DNA of 64,000 nucleotides from Octopus vulgaris (taxonomy: Eukaryota): contig OX597820.1 of assembly GCA_951406725.2 (NCBI GenBank), forward strand, positions 19,716,001-19,780,000, read 5' to 3'. Positions 25,827 to 39,406 of this stretch are shown here, in pieces. The first letter of the stretch is position 1; every line of letters begins with the position of its first letter. Below the pieces are notes generated by a model. The model was not told the origin of the DNA and did no database searches. It saw only the letters and a list, made by a program, of their open reading frames with translations. A program made the position numbers and the translations under genes.

Positions 25827-26118
25827 TAGATGAAATTTATAGAAAAACAAAAGATGAAGACAGGTGTATGAACAACAAGCAGGTGTATTACTTTGACGCT
25901 TGAGAAAAATGAAAAAAGTCTTTTATGTTCCAAGCCTACATACAGATATGTAAGTTTTTTTCACTCTCTCTCCATTTATTTTCTCTATTCCTTTCTGCTG
26001 AAGAGCATAGGCTTGAAACATAAAAGACTTTTTCATTTTTCCTGAGTTTCAAACTAATACACTTGCTTATTGTTCAAACACCTGTCTTCATCTTTTGTTT
26101 TTCTATAAATTTCAACTA
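25827..26118. repeat. Fold-back of a (TA)n-tailed repeat with variant hammerhead motif (25991-26026); single copies at 20753-20880 and 43920-44090
   Basis: Arms about 25827-25939 and 26007-26118. Family motif is CUUU-CUG(U/C)(A/U)GA-A-GAGC(GUAG)GCUC-GAAA(C/U)GUA-AAAG. Confidence 0.7.
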
Positions 26119-27659
26119 TATATATATGTATATATATTTATATGAGGGTTACACATGTCTGTGGAGTGCTCAGCCACTTGCATGTTAATTTCATGAGCAG
26201 GCTGTTCCATTGATTGGATCAACTGGAACCCTTGTCGTAACTGATGGAGGCCAGTCATATATATATATATATATACTTTTATTCATTTCAGTCATTTTTA
26301 CTGTGGCCATGCTGGAGCACCACCTTTAGTGAAGGAAATCAAGTAGTTATTCTATCAGTCTCTCTTGTCAAACCGTTAAATTATGGAGACGTAAACACAC
26401 CAGCATCGGTTGTCAAACACAGACACAAACATATATATATATATATTACACACAATGGGTTTCTTTCAGTTTCTGTCTACCAAATCCATTCACAAGGCTT
26501 TGGTCAGCCCGACGCTATTGTAGAAGACTTACCCAAGGTGCCACACAGTGGGACTGAACCCAGAACCATGTTGTTGGTAAGCAAGCTACTTACTACACAG
26601 CCACTCCTGCACCTATATATATTTATATATATATATATATACACACACACACATATGAATATAAATCTGTTTATATATATACATGTATGTATGAATTACA
26701 ACGTCTTGTTTTAACACTGGCCCTGTACACATATGGCGTTCAATTGTGAAAAATTCGCCATTATTGGTTAGCAGCATATAAGATAAATACCAATAAAAAC
26801 CTGCTGGCAATGCATCATTTCCAGTTTATAATCCAAACTAACCTTTCATCTATAGCTGCTAATATCCACTGTGATGTTGATGGAGAAATGAAAAAAGTAA
26901 TAGAGGGAACACTTAAAATCTATCTTGTTACGAAATGGTCGTCCATAAAATATCTACTGAATAGATATGCACGAAACTTGCCAGCTTTTATTAATATGCT
27001 TAAATGCAATTCGTTTTAAGCCTGCTGTGGCTTAGAAACAGATTTCTGTCCCCTTAAAATATACGTACAGGCTCATCTGTTGCAGATCACACAGAGAGAA
27101 TGATGTGTGTTGTATTTGCATGTAACGTATATTGTCTGTCGTTCTCCAATATTTACAATAATTAGAGGCACATTGCTAAGTTAGTAATATAATTTGCATA
27201 TTAGCTTGATGTTGTATCAGTTGCTGAGATATTAGAAGAAATATCTATAGAGGCAACCTTATTTTTTTTGGTGATTTTCTTCCTGGTTTTTTTTTTTTTT
27301 GGTAGAGTTTGCTGTGATTTTTTTTTTTTACAGTAAGCATTATAAGTGGCGCAGAAAAATTATTCAATGTGATTTTTTTCTTTTTCTTCCTGCCAGAACA
27401 ACAACAACAACAACAATAATAACAATAACAACGAGCATATAAAAGGAATTTAAATAGCCAGTTTTTGTAACAGTCACGTAGATATATATCATTACTGAAT
27501 AATATATTACTAATTAATTCACTTTGGAAATATTTTTGCTAACATTACAGCAAAACTGTTCTAGTTAGTAACTAGTCAGTAAATAGTTCTACCCTTTTTT
27601 TGGAACTGGCTGTTGTTGTTAGTATTATTATTATTATTATTATTACCATTATTATTATT

Positions 27660-28395
27660 ATTGAGTGAGAGAGCAGTGCATGCCATCAAAGTCACACTGG
27701 GGCACAAATATCCGATGCCCATCTGATAAGAAAGGCATCATGACACCCATCTGATAAGAGTACACCAGGCACATGCATCACAACCATGTGCGCGACATGG
27801 TGATCTCATATCAAGGTAAACAATGCATGACCCTGCAGGTGGGGCCCAGTTAGAATTTTCTTTAGGTCAAGTAGCCCATCCTGCTCAAAAGGTCCCTGAA
27901 AAATGGTTGTTCAAGGATGTTGAACAAAACACCCATGTTTCCAAAGGTGAATTATCTAAACCCCACAGAATACCTCTCAACCCATGGCTATGATGCTCCC
28001 CACAACTTCTGCTTGAGATCAGAGATGCAAATATTGCTAGCCACCAAGGGACATGCTCAACTGGTTAAGGTCAAACAACTGACAAGCAAATCTGTGGTAT
28101 TGAGCAGGATATTTGCTCAAAAGCCATGAGAGCCACTGCCTGGTACTACATCAGGACAAAGCAGATCTGTGGTATTGAGCAGAATATTTGCTGTAGCCCA
28201 TCTTTTATACCAAGACAAAACAATGTACACGATAACACTTCCAATCAGTTATGATCAGAAGCCATGAGAGCCACTGCCTGGTACTGCATCAGGGCATTAT
28301 TATTATTATTATTATTGAATAAAAGAACAGTGCATGCCACCAAAGTGACACTGGGGTAAAATATACGAAGCCCAGTATACCCATCGTGACTACAT
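27660..28395 (-). mobile_element. Interspersed repeat in an (ATT)n tract with (TAA)n tail, plus a second partial copy; probable LINE 3' region
   Basis: Bounded by (att)n runs. The head sequence is repeated at about 28315-28392, and there is an internal duplication at about 28085-28150/28160-28295. Clade not determinable. Confidence 0.5.
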
Positions 28396-29281
28396 TATTA
28401 TTATCATGTTGTATTATTCTTTGTTTATTTTTATCATCATATATCTTAAGCTTCAGTAACCCTTAGCGATCTTATGAATCAATGATTCTCAAACCTTTTC
28501 TCTCTCTAATTTACTTCCTTCAGGCTGATGTGTTTCCTCATTTAACCCATGCTCCTATACAAATATATACACTCAATAATTGTGCAAGTATATGTATTTT
28601 ATTATTTTTTTATGTGTTTCAGTCATGTGACTGCAGCCATGCTGGAGCACTGCCTTTAGTCAAACAAATCGACCCCAGGATTTATCCTTTGTAAGCCTGG
28701 CACTTACTCGATCGGTCTCTTTTTGACGAACCGCTAAGTTACGGGGACGTAAACACACCAACATCAGTTGTCAAACGATGATGGACACACACACATATGA
28801 TGGTCTTCTTCCAGTTTCTATCTACCAAATCCACTCACAAGGCTTTGGTCAGCCCGTGGCTATAGTAGAAGACACTTGCCCAAGGTGCCACGCAGTGGAA
28901 ATGAACCCGGAACCATGTGGTTGGTAAGCAAGCTACTTACCACACAGCCACTCCGGCACCTATGTGCATGTGTGTATATACATATATATATATATATATA
29001 CATATGTGACCGCGTGTGTATCGGCGATTTTTTTTCCTCCGTCTTCCCTTCCTTGGATCTTTCCTTTTTCCTATGTTTCTGACGAAGAGCTCCACTCAAA
29101 ACGTTAAATCCTCCTTCTTTCTTTCCTTTCCTGATCATCCAATAACACTATACTTGTTCCACATCCTTGCATTGTTGTGTTTTCTCTGTGTTTTCATGTT
29201 TGGATTAACTATATATATATATATATATATGCTTTTCTTGAACATTTTTCTTTCCTTCTGGACTTTTCCTTTCTCCTCTTT

Positions 29282-29309
29282 CTGATGAAAAGCCACCCTT
29301 GAAACATTA
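29282..29309 (+). ncRNA. Degenerate minimal hammerhead-like motif
   Basis: CUGAUGA-A-AAG(CCACC)CUU-GAAACAUUA; stem I is poor. Confidence 0.45.
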
Positions 29310-30184
29310 CACACTCACTCTTTTCCATCTTACACTGATTGTCAACCTTATACATTCCATGTGTGTGCCCTTTTAACTTGTGCTTTTTTTTTTTTATTGT
29401 CCGTTGCCAGCCTCGCCTGGCCCCCGTGCCGGTGGCACGTAAAAGCACCATCCGTTCGTGGCCGTTTGCCAGCTCTGTCTGGCACCTGTGCGGGTGGCAC
29501 GTAAAAAGCACTCACTACACTCACGGAGTGGTTGGCGTTTGGAAGGGCATCCAGCCGTAGAAACACTGCCAGATCTGACTGGGCCTGATGAAGCCTTCCG
29601 GCTTCACAGACCCCAGTTGAACCGTCCAACCCATGCTAGCATGGAAAACGGACGCTAAATGGTGATGATGATGATGATGAATTTGCCTAAATATCAAGGA
29701 CCCTGCCGGTGCTGGTGCCATGTAAAAAGCTTCCACTTCCGCATAGTAAAATGGCTGGCATTTGGAAGGGCATCTGACTAAAAAAAAAAACATGCCAACA
29801 CTGACCTCATGTGGTTGGTGTTAGGAAGGGCATCCAGTCATAAAATCCATGCCAAAACAAAATCAGAAGTATGGTGCAGTCTTCTGCCTAGCAAGCGCCT
29901 GTCAAACTGTCCAACCCATGCCAGCATGGAAAGTGGATCTTAAATGATCATGGTGATTATGTAATATATGGTATAATTATAAACAGGGGTAAATTTTAGC
30001 CATTTCTCCACACACTGAAAAAACAGTGAACAACCTTAATTGATTTTCGAACCTTATTGAGTTCTTATCAGAGGTGTCTACATCATCCTGACATTTCCCA
30101 GAGAAACAAGCAGCCAAACTGTTTATATACTCAACAAATGCAGCAGTTACTCTATGAAGGAGTCCCTAGTTAGGACTCCTTCAT

Positions 30185-30417
30185 GAAGGCGGCGAGCTGG
30201 CAGAAATGTTAGCATGTCAAGTGAAATGCTTAGCGGTATTTCGTCTGCCGCTACTTTCTGAGTTCAAATTCTGCCAAGGTTGACTTTGCCTTTCATCCTT
30301 TCGGGGTCGATTAAATAAGTGCCAGTTACGCACTGGGGTCGATATAATCGACTTAATCCATTTGTCTGTCTTCGTTTGTCCTCTCTGTGTTTAGCCCCTT
30401 GTAGGTAGTAAAGAAAT
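30185..30417 (+). mobile_element. SINE family B with 16-bp TSD
   Basis: aggagtccctagttag at 30158-30173 and 30418-30433. Confidence 0.9.
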
Positions 30418-31619
30418 AGGAGTCCCTAGTTAGTTTAGTCATGATGATGATAGCTCACTCACCATTTAGGTGGGTTCTAGGCATAATTACTTAAAAAGGG
30501 GCTCTACAAAAAACAAAAAAATTATAATAATTAAGAACCACTGGTATAAAAAAAAAAGGAGATACCTGTATTAATAACATACAACAGGTAAGAACCGAGA
30601 ATAATTGAGAAGGATTCAGTAATTACAATTTGATTCAGTCGCAAACAAACCAGCATCTTCCCTCAATAGAATAACTTCCATTCTTTCTTATTCATTGGTG
30701 TTACAAGACCAACAAATGTAAAGAATCTAACAATAAACTATATTTATTCTAAACTACCTCTCACTGTGCAGAAGTATATCAGTTGTCACTGAAAGCTATT
30801 CGCCAAAATGGAAATAGTTTTCAAGGGTAAGTGATACATTAATGCAATAGCTACTGGTTTTTTAAATTTTTTTTTTTTTTTTTTTCACAAAATGAATTTT
30901 CTAAATCCACTGATGCTTGTCACTAGATATCCAATATTTCTCTTGGGAGAAGACTTGCTAGCAATCGCTTCCATATAGACACAATTCTTCGCTCTATGTT
31001 TATATTTCTGTTGTTTTTTACTGCTTAGTAGAGATAGAAAAACTAGATTAAATTTTTTTCCCTCTAACTGTTGTTTTGGGGTTGATTTTTTTTTTATTCA
31101 TCCTTTCCTTTCTCACCTATTACAAAAATGATTAACTTTTGATGCTGATGAAGTTTTAATTAATATAATTCATTACAACTTGGATAAGATCCATCTCTGG
31201 ATATATTTATTTTGCTTAATTTGTGAAATTAAATTATGGTTATAATTTCATTGTAGTATCTGAGAAATATGTGTTTTATTTCTACTCTGTAGAAGTCTGT
31301 GGATGCTGAGAAGAATATCAATATTGTTAATATACAGATTGAGCTGAGCCATGTGGGTGTTTTTCATAGACAAAAACTGAAAGCGGCTCCTCATGAATAT
31401 ATCATCATCATTTAATGTCTGTTTTCCATGCTGGCATTGGTTGGATGGTTTGACAGGAGATGGCTAGCTGGAGAGCTGCCCAGACTCCAATTGTCTGTTT
31501 CAGCATGGTTTCTATGGCTTGATGCCCTCCCTAATGCCAACCATTTTACAGTGTGTACTGGGTGCTTTTTATGTGACACCAACACAGGTGCTTTATACGT
31601 GACACCTGCTCCATATGTA

Positions 31620-32535
31620 AGCACCAGGAGTGGCTGTGTGGTAAGTAGCTTGCTTACCAACCACATGGTTCCGGGTTCATTCCCACTGTGTGGCACCTTG
31701 GGCAAGTGTCTTCTACTATAGCCTCAGGCTGACTAAAGCCTTGTGAGCAGAATTGGTAGACGGAAACTGGAAGAAGCCTGTCGTATATATGTATATGTTT
31801 GTCCCCCCACCATTGCTTGACAACTGATGCTGGTGTGTTTATGTCCCCGTAACTTAGCGGTTCAGCAAAAGAGACTGATAGAATAAGTACTAGGCTTACA
31901 AAGAATAAGTCCTGAGGTCGATTTACTCGACTAGAAGGCGGTGCTCCAGCATGGCCGCAGTCAAATGACTGAAACAAGTAAAAGAGAGTAAAAGAGACTA
32001 GCACAAATGCTCTTTATATAACACTGGCAGAGGTACTTTTCTATGTGGAACCAGCATGGGTGGCATTTACATGGCACTGGCATGGGTCGTGTTTATGTGG
32101 CACTGGTATGGATGCTTTTTACATGACACTGAAACAGGTACTATATCTATATATGTATAACATAATATAATAATATATAGGAGTGGTTGTGTGCTAAGAA
32201 GCTTGTTTCCCAACTACATGGTTCCAGATTCAGTCCCACGGAGTGGCACCTTCTACTGTAACCTCGGGCTGACAAAAGCTTTGTGAGTGGATTTGGTAGA
32301 CGGAAACTGAAAGAAGCCTATCATATATATATATATGTATTTCTATGTCTGTGTTTGTCTCCTTACCATTGCTTAACAATGGTATGTTTATATCCCTGTA
32401 ACTTAGTGCTTTGGCAAAAGAGACCGATAGAATAGGTACTAGGCTTATAAAGAATAAGTCCGGGGGTCGATTCGTCTGACTAAAGGCAGTGCTCCAGCAT
32501 GGCTCCAGTCAAATGACTGAAACCAGTAAAAGAAT
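31620..32535 (+). mobile_element. Two family A SINEs (31620-31996, 32178-32535)
   Basis: Family A consensus from head to tail. Confidence 0.85.
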
Positions 32536-34046
32536 TAAAGAGTATATATTAAAGAAACTTTTTTGAAAGTAGTTCTTGTATTGTGTGTACATGCATGTGT
32601 GTGTGTACATGCATGTGTGTGTGTGTGTGTGTATATATATATGTATATGTGTGTGTGTATATATATATATGCCCTTCTGTCAAGCCATGTCAATCCAGTG
32701 TGGCAGAAAGGGCTCATCAAACTAATCTGATCTCAACCTTAAATTCATAGCCTCCACATCAGACCATGGTTCACGAAGAAAATATACAAATACAAAGACA
32801 CACAAGCACATATTAAGCAGTATCAGTGCTAAGCAGTGTTTAGGCATAAGCAAACTTTAGGTGAGTTTAAAATGTTTGTGAAATGTTGTAACTTCTAAAG
32901 GCAAGTTCACTTCATTTACAATGGCGAGAAAATTCTCTTATTTGGTAAAAGGTGTAAAAATACCATATCTGCCCAGTGAACCAGGGTCATAGCAAAAGAT
33001 ACTTGCCCAAGGTTCCATGTAGTGGTACTGAACCTGAGACCACCTGGTTGTGAAACAAGCTTTCTAACCACACAGCCATGCTTGCATCTATGTAAATTCT
33101 AACCCTTTCATTATCATATTCCTGTTGAAATACACTGCATTTGTTTCAATTAATTTGGTAAATTATGAAGAGTGTAGCAAAATAATTTTATTATTATTAA
33201 GCTGGAGTAAGGCAATGAACTGGCAGTGGTATTTTGTCTGTCATTACGTTCTAAGTTCAAATTCCACCTAGGTTGACTTTGCATTTCATCCTTTCGGGGC
33301 TGATAAATTAAGTACCAGTTGCGTACTGAGATCAATCTGATTGACTGGCCCCCATCCCCCAAATTTCAGGCCTTGTGACTAGAGTAGAAAAGAATGAACT
33401 AGCAGAACCATTAGCATACCAGTCAAAATGCTGCTAAGCATTTTGTCTGAGTTTACATACTAAGTTTATATCACTCTTGGGGAGCTAAATCCCCACCACC
33501 TCCAGCATCAAGACCACCGGAGACCCCCTTCGGTCACGACACAGACCATGGGATTGCACCTAGAAAGTTACCCTCCTAGACACAAGTCTGGGCGAGGTTG
33601 TTTATGGAAGACCAGCAGTCGTCCATGCATAGCAACCTCCCCTCTTCATGCCACCAGTGTTATCCAAGGGAAAGACAAAGGTCGATACAGCTTGGCACCT
33701 GTGACGTCGCAACTCATTTCTACAGCTGAGTGAACTGGAGCAACATGAAATAAAGTGCCTTGCTCAAGAACACAACACACAGCCCGGTCCGGGATTCGAG
33801 CTCACAACCTCACGATCGTAAGCTCGACGCTCTAACCACTGAGCCATGCGCCTTCACAAGACCACCAGGTCATGTGATTTCAACCTTGTTTGGTCTTGTC
33901 AATGATGGACACTCAACTGCTAGAAGCAGCAGCTATTCATCTCCCTGCCAGTGATATATAAATTGACAGGGCCAGGACAGGCTCTGGTGTTAAAGAATAC
34001 ATATTCACAACAAAGTCTGTATTAATACTGAGCAGTATTAAGATTT

Positions 34047-34297
34047 AATTGCAGCGTGGATGGTGTTTATAAGCCATTTAAGAAACACACAAAAACTGTT
34101 AGATTCACTTCAACGTTTAAATTTAATTTGTCAAAATATTTTCATCGCTTTGAGACAGCATGGAGTTTTGTCAGTGAACAGGTCGCAGTCTCAAAGCGAC
34201 GAAAATATTTTGACAAATTAAATTTAAACGTTGAAGTGAATCTAACGGTTTTTGTGTGTTTCTTAAATGGCTTATAAACACCTTCCACACTGCAATT
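34047..34297. repeat. Fold-back repeat (about 110-bp arms); a single arm also occurs at about 24388-24500
   Basis: Arms 34047-34156 and 34187-34297 are reverse complements with few mismatches. Confidence 0.85.
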
Positions 34298-34734
34298 GTT
34301 TTTGTTCCAGCACACGATCTCAGATCAGGTCACTTGCTATGCAAGTACATCTCCGTAGTATTAGGATTATTGACTGGAAATATCAATTCTTGCTTGTACG
34401 AGTTGAGAATAGTGAAATTCTTTTATGTTGTTGAAGTTTTCCCCTGGTGTCGGTTGTTCTTAGGTTGGGCAGTAGCAACTGCTTTGGGAACACTGTGGGC
34501 ACACAAAGGAATAGCAAATGTCATGGTGGGGACTATTTTTTTTTTTGGTCCAGTATTTGTAAACGAAAGTTGCCACCATGCAAATGGTATCCCTCCTTTC
34601 CAATCTTTCATGAAAATATGTCAGGTCATGGAAACAGGTGAGGGTTGGCACAGGAAGAGCATCCAGCCAGAGAAAAATCAACCTCAGTAAACTCCATCTG
34701 ATCTATGCAAGCAAAGAAAAACAGATGTTAAAAC

Positions 34735-34945
34735 GATGATGGTGATAATACTGACGACGACTGACAATTGACGATGATGACTACAACGACGAAAATGATG
34801 ACTGATGACAATGATGACGATGATGATAACGATGATGTCAATGATGACGATAATGACAAAAACAATGATGACTAGATTACGATGATGACAGTGATGACAA
34901 CGATGATGATGACAACAACGACGACGAGGAGGATGGTGATGAAGA
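34735..34945. repeat. Degenerate (GAT/GAC)n microsatellite grown from a family C-like tail
   Basis: Follows gatgttaaaacgatgatg; interrupted by stop codons in the Asp frame. Confidence 0.8.
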
Positions 34946-35749
34946 GGCGTTTGTAAAACTCCATTTGGTGTAAAAGCTATTATGTTACTCTATTGGCCAC
35001 ACAGGGCTGACCACAGAGGGGACAAAATACAAAGTAGAGCTTTTCTTTTTGGGAAGAAGAGAAAAAAAAGTGGGTCGAATTTCGATCAAAAGGGATCAGG
35101 GAAAAAAAAGAAATTGGAAGGCCGATCAATAGAGATCATGTATCACAGAAATGTCAATGTAAAAAGGGAAAACAGATTAGGTTTATCCGTGGAAAGAAAA
35201 GCCTACGGGAAAGTCCACGGTAACCTTGGGCAATAGTGTCATGCAAAAAAACACATAACAGTGACTCTTTTTTCCTTTCATTTTTTTAGGTTCATAGGAT
35301 AATGCTCAAGTTGGCTCCGTCATTCACACGTGCCATCCTTGCTACATTCACCCAAAGGCTATTAGAAATCAAATATCACTGTTCTAGTTAAGAGGCTTGA
35401 ACATCACAACCTCACCATTTGTGCGCCCTATAAAGTTAATCTTTCGCAATCAAGCCTTCATGTAAAGAGACTAAAAAAATTGTGCTTCTTTCACAGACAC
35501 ATCTCTCACGTCTCCCCTACTCCCACCTTAATATAAAACTATCTTCTCCAACCGTTTTTATTTTTATTCACACTCCATCTACTAATCTCTGTACGAACTA
35601 AACACTATGTGACACGATTCCTTTCACTGGTTCTCATATTTCCTTATCTCTTCACTTCTCTCTCTATCTATATCATGTATCTCCTCTATACCTATCCATC
35701 TATTACTCTTTATATCCGGTTTACACACAGACACACACACGCGCGCGTG

Positions 35750-35767
35750 TGTGCACACATACACACA

Positions 35768-35815
<48 letters not shown>

Positions 35816-36248
35816 CTTTCGCACACGTTTCATTTCTACCTAGCATTTATTCTCTCTTTCTCCCTGATATTCTCTCTCTCTATTGTATGTAAACATCACA
35901 GCCTCTCATGTCTATCAGCTTGTCTATCTCAATCTTTCTCTCTCTCACACACACACACTCTTTCTCTCTCACACACATACTCTTTCTCTCTCACACACAT
36001 ACTCTTTCTCGCTCTCTCTAACACACACACACACACACACATACTCTTTCTCTCTTACACACACATACTCTTTCTCTCTCTCACACACATACTCTTTCTC
36101 TCTCTCACACACATACTCTTTCTCTCTCTCACACACACACACACATACTCTTTCACTTTCTCTCTCTCTCACACACACACACACACTCTTTCTCTCTCCC
36201 ACACACACATACTCTTTCTCTCTCTCTCACACACACACACATACTCTT

Positions 36249-36283
<35 letters not shown>

Positions 36284-36290
36284 TGCACAG
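35750..36290. repeat. (CT)n/(CA)n compound minisatellite (about 24-bp unit acacacatactctttctctctctc)
   Basis: Tandem units visible directly. Confidence 0.9.
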
Positions 36291-36697
36291 TTGACTCATT
36301 CAGATGATGTGAACACTGGTAATGAAAAGGAAAAAAAAGAAAAAAAAAGAGAGAACAGAAAACACTATAGAACAATGTCCCCATAGTACAGAGAGAGTAC
36401 TTCGTGAAGCTTGCATAGATAAGAGAAATGAACTTTCCACTAGCACACGCACACACACACACACACACACACGCACATACACGCACACTCTGTTTATGCT
36501 TGCGTTTAGTGTATTTCATAGTAAGTGAATAAGAGAAAGATTTTCGGAAACTAAACACAATATCTATAATGGTTTCTGCCAGGAGTAAAATATAGTGTAA
36601 TAGGTTTCATGTGAAAGAATTTTAAATGTGTCACAGTTATGTCGGTAAGACACACAGAAGCAAGGCTTTTTCCATATTATTTTTATTTTCACTTATA

Positions 36698-36753
<56 letters not shown>

Positions 36754-37520
36754 TTGTTTTTGGTGTTTAGTTTGGCTTATTTGTGAGCGAATATCTATCA
36801 CACGAGAAGGGGGGGTTTGGGCAACAACAACATTTTATGACATTCAAGAACATTTTAATACCATTTCCATTGCGTTTATGACTGAAACATGTGAATAATC
36901 ATTTCTCTATGACGGTAGGGTTTTAAAGGGAGGGGTTTATTTTCAGTGAGCATCTAAGCATGTTTAGAGTATGTGACTGAATCAAATATTTAGGTTTGCT
37001 TAAATTTATAAGAAATCTTCATCAATTACGGCGCATCTATCACTCCCATAATGGGGAGTCTCTAAGTTGGTTGCTCAACTTACTAAAAATAGTAGCTCAA
37101 TCACACCCCCGAACACTTTATAAAAGAAAAAGAAGGGCCCGTTGTGTGTGTGGGTGGGTGGAGGAGTGGCTGTGTGGTAAGTAGCTTGCTTGCGAACCAC
37201 ATGGTTCCGGGTTCAGTCCCACACATGTGGTGTGTGTCAGTATGTATGTGTACGAGCCTTCAAATTATTAATTTTGTTTTTCTTTTTTCATATTAAATTC
37301 CGATTAATCATAATCTACACACTCAAAGAATTTAAAGAAAATTTCATTAAGAAATTATCCAATTTTTAAATTAATGTTAAAATGAAACAAAGCCTGCTTG
37401 TGTGAATTTGCTGAAACTCCTCTCCTCTCCCCACCCTAGGACAAAATTGTTTCACCACAAATTCTGATATAATTGGAATCAAATACCAACTGAAGTGTAT
37501 TTGTAAAAAATTTCCTTTAA

Positions 37521-37739
37521 CCCTTTAGTATTTAAACCGGCCATATCCAGCCAAAATAGCTTATCTGTTTTATGTTCAAACTGACCAGATCCAGGCTCTC
37601 GCACCTACCCTACAATGTTATTCTACATTAAGTAATTACACCATCAAGATCTTGAAGATATGAGATAATGCATGATTAATTCAAATCAATGGGAATCAAT
37701 AGGCATTATGTTTGATTGAATAATCTGAACACTAAAGGG
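37521..37739. mobile_element. piggyBac-type MITE
   Basis: TTAA-CCCTTTAGT ... ACTAAAGGG-TTAA. Sister copies at 57483-57703 and partial at about 49270-49485. Confidence 0.85.
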
Positions 37740-39406
37740 TTAAAGATATCCATTTTTCTGCAAGTTATGAGGAGACAAAGTTGGTGGGGGTAGATTTGTG
37801 TAGGTATGCTGGTAATATTTCCCCATGGCCAAAAAAATGTTTTTGCAGGATACTGGGAATGAATGACACTGCTTGTAAAACAGTGACACTCATTAACAAC
37901 AATCAAATGATATCAAGCAAGGACACACATACACACACACACATGTATATACGATGAGTTTCTTTCAGTTTCAACCAACCTTATCCATTCACAAAGCTTT
38001 GATCACCTTTGGCTATTATAAACGACATTTACCCAAAGTGGAACTGAACATGAAACCATGTGGTTGGGGGGCAAGCTTCTTAACCACACAGCCATACCTG
38101 CACCTATATCTGATTAAAGGAAAAAAAGGCAAGATGGTCATACCATAGATCTACTCAGTCAGGATTGTTACAAGAATAAACAAGTGTAGTCACACACAAT
38201 GTTCACCCAATACTCAACTATTGTTGATTGTGCAGATGGCATCTCTGAGCAATCAACCTCAGTTTTAGATTTTCTGCTTTTAAAAAGCACCATTCGAGCA
38301 TGGTCGATACCAGTGCCGCCTGACTAGTCCTGTGCCAGTGACAGGGCCGCCTGACTGGCTCCCGTGCTGTTGGCACATAAAAAGCACCATTCGAACATGG
38401 TTGTTGCCAGAGCCATCTGGTTTCCATGCCGGTGGCACATAAAAATGCACCCACTACACTCTCGGAGTAGTTGGCATTAGGAAAGGCATCCAGCTGTAGA
38501 AACCTTGACAGATCAGATTGCAGCCTGATATAGCCTACTGGCTTGCCAGTCCTCAGTCAAACCGTCCAACCCATGCCAGCATGGAAAGCAGATGTTGAAC
38601 AACGATGATGATGATGATGAAAATATGTTAACTTCCCATGCTTACACAGGTTACAGTAAAGGGACATGACTTGGTGTGTTAGGGTGTTCAGCTCAGGATT
38701 GTGAAGTCAAGTTTTGAATTCTTGGAGGATTGGGTAGCATAATTTGTCCTTAAGCAATGCACTTCGTTTCATGCTGCTTCAGTCACTTCACCTCTAAATG
38801 TCATCATCATTTAACTTCCGCTTTCCATGCTAGCATGGGTTGGACGATTTTGACTGAGGGCTGGCGAACCAGATGGCTGCACCAGGCTCCAATCTTGATT
38901 TGGCAGAGTTTCTACAGCTGGATGCCCTTCCTAACACCAACCACTCCGAGAATGTAGTGGGTGCCTTTTACGTGCCACCGGCACGGGGGCCAGTCAGGCG
39001 GTACTGGCAACAACCTCGCTCGAATCTTTTTACACATGCCACCAGCACAGGTGCCAGTAAGGCAATGTTCGTAACTGCTGGTGCTACCTTCTCTCACTCC
39101 AACTTCACATCCTGGATCTTCTGCTGGGTTAACGGTAAAGGCACCAAAAGTGTATCTGTTTGCTCACAACTAAATGGGCCTTTAACCCTAGAAAACATAA
39201 AAAAATAGACTTACATAACCATACAAAGGTGACCACACTTGTCCAAATCAAATTTTCATTGGGAACTATATACAAAAGATCATGATCGTGCCTGTTCTGG
39301 CACTGTTGATCTATAGATTGCTGGCAGGGAGATGAATCAACGAATAGGTGCTGCCTCTGATGATCAAGTATCCATAAGTGACCAAGCCAAACAAAGTCGA
39401 AATCGC

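Noticed and set aside
34735-34945. Asp-rich biomineralisation-type coding exon
   Set aside because: Extends from a retroelement (GAT)n tail and contains in-frame stops.
34975-35360. Possible Tx1/L1-like LINE 3' end on the minus strand (WVNVARMARVND...)
   Set aside because: Too short and degenerate to assign with confidence from sequence alone.
35609-36386. 232-aa and 167-aa ORFs
   Set aside because: Translations of the (CT)/(CA) minisatellite.
39188-39214. Minus-strand intron GTAAGT...TTTTCTAG
   Set aside because: Only 27 nt, too short for a normal spliceosomal intron, and the next exon would stop within 20 codons.
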